Source: Sulfurimonadaceae bacterium
GTDB lineage: Bacteria; Campylobacterota; Campylobacteria; Campylobacterales; Sulfurimonadaceae
Assembly: GCA_026193155.1 (NCBI GenBank)
Contig: JAPHSI010000136.1
Span: 1-34,236 of the forward strand
Direction of reading: 5' to 3'
DNA: 34,236 nt
Part shown: piece by piece, positions 32,594 to 34,236 of the stretch
How positions within the stretch are numbered: position 1 is the stretch's first letter
How the letters are laid out: the number at the start of each line of letters is the position of its first letter
Notes under the pieces: generated by a model
The model's database searches: none
The model's input: the letters and a program-made list of their open reading frames with translations, nothing else
What the model was told of the DNA's origin: nothing
Made by a program: the position numbers and the translations under genes

Positions 32594-34236
32594 CTATTGT
32601 TTATTTTTTAAATATTCAATAAATTCACTTTTTGGTAAAGGTTTACTTTCAAAGTAGCCTTGCATAAAAGTACACTTTTTAGATTTTAAATATTCAAAAT
32701 GGTAAATTGTCTCTACTCCTTCAGCAATTGTTTTTAAATTAAGTATGTTAGCAAAGTTTATTATTGTATCTACAAATTTTTGATTTTCACTACTCTCATT
32801 CATAGTTCTAATAAATGATTGGTCTATTTTTAAAATATCGATTGGTAATTTTCTGAGATTACTGAGTGATGAATATCCTGTTCCAAAATCATCAATACTT
32901 AGTGTAAAACCATAATCTTTTAATTTATTTAACTTTATCAGACAATCATCCGAAAAGTTTGCAAAATAAGTTTCGGTTATTTCAAATTCTATATTTTTTG
33001 CTGAAACACCATATTTTTCAACTATAGCTACTATCTTCTCATAAAGTGTAGCAACAGATATATCATATCCAGATAGATTAACAGCTACTTTAATATCTCT
33101 ATAACCCATATCAATCCAAGTAGACATATCTTTACATACAGTTTCTAAAACATATAAATCTATCTTATCTACTATACGCATCTGTTCTGCAATTGGTATG
33201 AACTTATCAGGTGGAATAAACCCTTCACCAAGACTAATCCATCTTACCAAAGCTTCAGCACCTATAACCTTATTCGTTTCCAAATCTATCTTTGGTTGAT
33301 AATGAACCAAAAACTCATTATTTTTTATAGCAGTTTGAAGGGATGTCTCAATTAAAACTTTATCGTTAGCTTTTTCAGTCATATCTTTCTCATAAAAACT
33401 TATTCTATTTTTTCCCTCATCTTTTGATTTATACATTGCAGTATCTGCATGTTGCAGTAGTATATGTATATCCTCTCCGTCATTTGGATATACACTTATA
33501 CCAATACTTGCGGAAACATATATACTCATATCATCAATAATTATCTCTTTACTTACATTATCTAATATATCTTTACATATATAGACAATATCATCTGTAG
33601 ATTCAATATTTTCAAATATGATTGTAAACTCATCTCCACCTAACCTTGAGATAGTATCTGAATCCCTTATACAGTTTGATATTATTTTTGATATTTTTAC
33701 TAACAGCTTATCTCCAATAGGATGACCTTTTGTATCATTTACATTTTTAAACCCATCTATATCTATAAATGCTAAAGCTAATTTATTATTATTTCTTTTT
33801 GCTATATCTATAGCATGTTTAAACCTGTCTTGAAATAAAACCCTATTTGGTAAATCTGTTAACGGGTCAAAGTGAGCCATATGGACAACTCTCTCTTCAG
33901 CATCTTTTTTAGCAGTTATATCATGTAAAGAACTTATAAAATATTTTATATCTCCATTATCATGTTTGATACTTGATATACTTTCAATAGAAACAAATAT
34001 CTCACCATCTTTGTTTCTATTCCATACTTCGTTTTGATAATAACCTTTCTCAAGTAAGGTTTTCCATAAGTTTTCGTAAAATTCTTTTTTGTGATGTGTA
34101 GACTTTAATATATTTGCATTTTTTCCTATAACTTCATCTTCTGTGTAACCTGTTAAATCTGTGAAGGCTTTATTTATACGAAGTATTTTTCCATTTATAT
34201 CAGTTATAAATACAGCTTCTAAAGTATTACTAAAAA
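32594..34236 (-). CDS. PAS-GGDEF-EAL protein (5' end outside window)
   Basis: Frame is open upstream of the track start (33880) to the window edge, encoding a PAS domain (AVFITDINGKILRINKAFTDLTGY...WNRNKDGE); intact GGDEF, EAL, DDFGTGYSS and EGVE motifs. Confidence 0.93.
   Translation of the reverse strand, partial: FSNTLEAVFITDINGKILRINKAFTDLTGYTEDEVIGKNANILKSTHHKKEFYENLWKTLLEKGYYQNEVWNRNKDGEIFVSIESISSIKHDNGDIKYFISSLHDITAKKDAEERVVHMAHFDPLTDLPNRVLFQDRFKHAIDIAKRNNNKLALAFIDIDGFKNVNDTKGHPIGDKLLVKISKIISNCIRDSDTISRLGGDEFTIIFENIESTDDIVYICKDILDNVSKEIIIDDMSIYVSASIGISVYPNDGEDIHILLQHADTAMYKSKDEGKNRISFYEKDMTEKANDKVLIETSLQTAIKNNEFLVHYQPKIDLETNKVIGAEALVRWISLGEGFIPPDKFIPIAEQMRIVDKIDLYVLETVCKDMSTWIDMGYRDIKVAVNLSGYDISVATLYEKIVAIVEKYGVSAKNIEFEITETYFANFSDDCLIKLNKLKDYGFTLSIDDFGTGYSSLSNLRKLPIDILKIDQSFIRTMNESSENQKFVDTIINFANILNLKTIAEGVETIYHFEYLKSKKCTFMQGYFESKPLPKSEFIEYLKNKQ

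Noticed and set aside
1644-32657. Short antisense or nested track ORFs (1644, 5326, 6429, 6889, 9853, 15255, 17933, 19554, 23658, 25561, 26369, 27711, 29564, 29967, 30299, 30866, 31703, 32475)
   Set aside because: All lie within or largely overlap well-supported genes, lack recognisable motifs, and look like shadow frames; the L/H/N/Q- and Ser-rich ones mirror the acidic repeat gene.

Overview
AT-rich chromosomal window from a Campylobacterota bacterium (Sulfurimonas-like, inferred from gene content and from the argS-tatA-gmk-acidic protein-fliR-ABC ATPase synteny). A ~22 kb nitrite/NO-respiration region (about 5.0-27.1 kb) lies between rpsL plus a few housekeeping/envelope genes and argS. 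It contains a [108-aa membrane protein]-norC-norB-[unannotated 50-aa membrane protein]-nirS operon and a cytochrome c-nirJ-nirF-nirE operon that ends in a soluble di-iron (ODP/MBL-fold) histidine kinase and an OmpR-type regulator. It also holds sirC, a fused nirDL followed by three small membrane genes (one unannotated), a Cys-free DNR/NssR-type Crp/Fnr regulator, a YbiB/TrpD2-MFS pair, a DUF59 + DUF2249-like + polytopic membrane protein module, a hemerythrin(DUF438)-PAS protein and two paralogous pentaheme cytochromes at the two ends. Six TTGAY-N4-ATCAA boxes sit 21-23 nt upstream of -10 hexamers and outline a regulon directly from sequence. No norQ/norD or nirN is present in the window. No rRNA, tRNA, CRISPR array or mobile element was seen. 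All family assignments are from motif recognition by eye; no database search was run.
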